From NCBI RefSeq assembly GCF_001611275.1, contig NZ_CP015080.1, positions 3,066,956 to 3,090,955 of the forward strand: DNA of 24,000 nt. Reading direction: 5' to 3'. The stretch comes from Desulfuromonas sp. DDH964 (GTDB lineage Bacteria > Desulfobacterota > Desulfuromonadia > Desulfuromonadales > DDH964). Shown here one piece after another: positions 21,903 through 24,000 of this stretch. The position numbers and the translations under genes were made by a program. Under the pieces are notes generated by a model. It made no database searches and was not told where the DNA came from. It worked only from the letters and a program-made list of their open reading frames with translations. Position 1 is the stretch's first letter. Each line of letters starts with the position of its first letter.

Positions 21903-23447
21903 TCAAGCCAGAAAATCCCGGGGTTTGCGACTCTCCGCTTCATTGACAACGCGGATGGCGCTGCGCCCGTCAAGGGGGCAGCGAGTTTCGCAGATGCCAC
22001 AGCCGATACAGCGCTCCTTAACTACCCGCGGCAACTTCAAAAGCCGCGGCTCACTGCCGACCAGCACCTGCCGCTCCGTGAAGACAATCGCTTTTTCTCC
22101 GGTTGGGCAGTGTTCCTCGCAGACCAGACATTCCTCGCCACGGGCAAAGGGAAGGCAGCGGTCCTTGTCGAAGACGGCGATACCGATCACCGTCTTGCGC
22201 TTCTTCTCCAGCGGCAGGAATTCGATAGCCCCGGTCGGACAGACCTGACCGCACAGGGTGCAATTGTATTCGCAGTAGCCGATACGCGGCACCACCAGCG
22301 GCGACCAGAGTCCCGCGCCGCCGGCCTCGAACAGGGCCGGATGGAGGGCGCCGCCAATGCAGACCTTCATGCACTCGCCGCAGCGGATACAGCGTTGCAG
22401 AAACTCCTGCTCGGCCCGGGCCCCGGGGGGGCGTAGCAGGAAGGAATGTTGCCGATCCAGCGCCGGGGCCACCCTACTGACCGGAGCCAGGATCGCACCG
22501 GCCGCCAGGGAGGTCAGAATTCCGCGCCGCTTCAGGTCGATCTCGCCCCCTTCAGGCGGCCGCCGAAAACCGAAATTGACCCGGGTCTCCGGGCAGTAAT
22601 CCTCGCAATCGAAACAGACCAGACACTCCTCCTGACGCCAACCCTTTCCGCTGACCGCCCCACTACGACAGGCATTGCTGCAGACGCGGCAGTCGGGACA
22701 GAGGCCGGAGGGAGTACGCTGCAGCAGCGCATAGCGGCTGCAGATTCCGAGCAGGGCGCCAAGGGGGCAGAGGTTTTTGCACCAGAAGCGCCGCTCCACT
22801 TTCTCCAGCAGCAGAATGGCGAAAAAGACCAGGCAGGTGAAGAGGGCCAGGCGAAAGGCCGGGGGATGAAACGCCAGGATATGGTCCCGTGAAAATGGAT
22901 AGATTGCATCGAGACCGGAGGAGACCAGGGGGACCCGATGGGAATAGAAAAAGTCGAAAAGGGCGTTGGCGACCAGGTTGACGGCCGGATAGATGGCGAG
23001 GGTCAGGGTGCGCAGGAAGATGGCGAGCGGGTCGAACAGGCCGATCACCTGGAGCCCGCCCAGGGCCGCCATCAGCAACAGCAGCAGGAGGTAGAACTTG
23101 ACCCGCCGCCAGGCCGGGCGCACCGGTCCGCCGCCGCGACCGACCAGCCGGCCGAGACCGTCGAGGGAGGTTCCCAGGGGGCAGAGCCAGCCGCAGAAAA
23201 ACCGGCCGAACAGGACGGTCAGCGCGACCAGCAGCAGGGCCGGCCAGAGCAGGCCCCAGACGAAGGAGCCGGGGGCAAAGGCTACCGCCAGCGCGGCCAG
23301 CGGATCGAGACGAAACAAAAGGCCGACCGGATAGGGGAGCAGGTCCTGGCCCCGGTACTCGGTCTGGACAAAGAGCCAGAGGACGCCGCACAGGGCGAGA
23401 ATCTGCACCAGGATGCGAATTTTATGGAGAGGAATTTTTCGTGGCAC
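21903..23447 (-). CDS. Membrane-bound polyferredoxin, NapH/MauN-like N-terminus with several 4Fe-4S motifs
   Basis: 514 aa with a GTG start. TM helices carry CGWLCPLG and CKNLCPLG motifs. C-terminal clusters are CIRCGECMKVC, CTLCGQVCPTG, CLVCEEHCPTG and CIGCGICETRCP. Confidence 0.85.
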   Translation of the reverse strand: MPRKIPLHKIRILVQILALCGVLWLFVQTEYRGQDLLPYPVGLLFRLDPLAALAVAFAPGSFVWGLLWPALLLVALTVLFGRFFCGWLCPLGTSLDGLGRLVGRGGGPVRPAWRRVKFYLLLLLLMAALGGLQVIGLFDPLAIFLRTLTLAIYPAVNLVANALFDFFYSHRVPLVSSGLDAIYPFSRDHILAFHPPAFRLALFTCLVFFAILLLEKVERRFWCKNLCPLGALLGICSRYALLQRTPSGLCPDCRVCSNACRSGAVSGKGWRQEECLVCFDCEDYCPETRVNFGFRRPPEGGEIDLKRRGILTSLAAGAILAPVSRVAPALDRQHSFLLRPPGARAEQEFLQRCIRCGECMKVCIGGALHPALFEAGGAGLWSPLVVPRIGYCEYNCTLCGQVCPTGAIEFLPLEKKRKTVIGIAVFDKDRCLPFARGEECLVCEEHCPTGEKAIVFTERQVLVGSEPRLLKLPRVVKERCIGCGICETRCPLDGRSAIRVVNEAESRKPRDFLA

Positions 23448-23546
23448 GCTACTCGGCTTTCGCCCCCTTGACCGGGAAAATTTCAGCGTTTCCTCCCGTC
23501 AGCACCAGCGAGGGTCCGGCGCCGCTGTCGAGACCGGGAGATGGGG

Positions 23547-24000
23547 CTAAACCATCTTTACCTGTTTGAGGTCCATCACCCCGAGCCCCCGCTGTGCTGC
23601 GGCGACGATGGTGGCAATCTCCTCCGGGCGCCGGCCGAGCAGAGTGGCACCAAAGGCGTCGGCGGCGACGATATCCGCCGAAGCGACCAGGGTGTCAAGA
23701 ACCCTGACATCCTCCAGCCGCCCCCCCTGGGGACCATTGGCAACCAGAACCCGGGTGGCATCGATCAGGGTCAGATCGGCATGCACCACGCAGTTGATGT
23801 CGACCAGGGCTTCGGCAATATCGCGATGCAATTGGCCGCGATTGCCGCCCAGTACCCCCATCAGGTTCTTCATCCCCAGGGTCACGGTGGAGATCGAATG
23901 GTGCTTGGCAATCGGCAGGTTGATGAGACGATCAGCTTCCAGCGCTGGTCGGTAAAAGGACCAGCGAGAGAGGTGTACCCCCTTCTCGATGTCGATCTCC
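23547..24000 (-). CDS. DUF362 domain protein, C-terminal ~150 codons (5' end beyond the right edge)
   Basis: The frame is open to position 24000: EIDIEKGVHLSRWSFYRPALEADRLINLPIAKHHSISTVTLGMKNLMGVLGG...DATRVLVANGP. The NLP-x-x-K-x-H...T-x-x-x-KN-x-x-G pattern is typical of DUF362. The GTG at 23885 in the track is internal. Confidence 0.75.
   Translation of the reverse strand, partial: EIDIEKGVHLSRWSFYRPALEADRLINLPIAKHHSISTVTLGMKNLMGVLGGNRGQLHRDIAEALVDINCVVHADLTLIDATRVLVANGPQGGRLEDVRVLDTLVASADIVAADAFGATLLGRRPEEIATIVAAAQRGLGVMDLKQVKMV

Overview
The window has two parts.

**Positions 1 to ~13,930: accessory region.** This is a mosaic, IS-riddled stretch with mixed GC and several visibly AT-rich patches. 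It contains:
- a partial Fic-family gene that the ORF track misses;
- a 226-bp tandem repeat carrying TGCCGAT dyads;
- two directly oriented copies of a 1,701-bp IS1380-like element;
- an IS21-family element (istA/istB) inserted in a lipoprotein gene, with a clean 5-bp target duplication;
- an orphaned phage-head-like module, whose first gene fuses a Dam-like N6-adenine methyltransferase to a prohead-protease-like domain and a scaffold-like coiled coil;
- two identical copies of a 100-bp element that corresponds exactly to one 32-codon mini-ORF with two hairpins;
- a DUF4160 pair;
- a translationally coupled operon of unknown proteins that appears to be split by the second IS1380-like copy.

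**Positions ~13,940 to 24,000: GC-rich core genes.** The set suggests a Desulfuromonadales/Geobacter-like deltaproteobacterium, but that is inference only. Genes are yggU-divIVA-yggT, class I DAHP synthase, the mercury-methylation pair hgcA-hgcB, lhgO, a small HTH protein, a REC-GGDEF regulator, yciH/SUI1, DUF3047, a NapH-like polyferredoxin and a partial DUF362 gene.

**Most interesting leads:**
- the methyltransferase/protease/scaffold fusion;
- the duplicated 100-bp mini-ORF element;
- an in-frame TGC-TGA (Cys-Sec?) codon pair followed by a hairpin, just upstream of the annotated hgcA start.

**Limits.** All family assignments rest on motifs I recognise by eye. No database search, structure prediction or folding computation was possible. 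I saw no rRNA, tRNA or CRISPR array.
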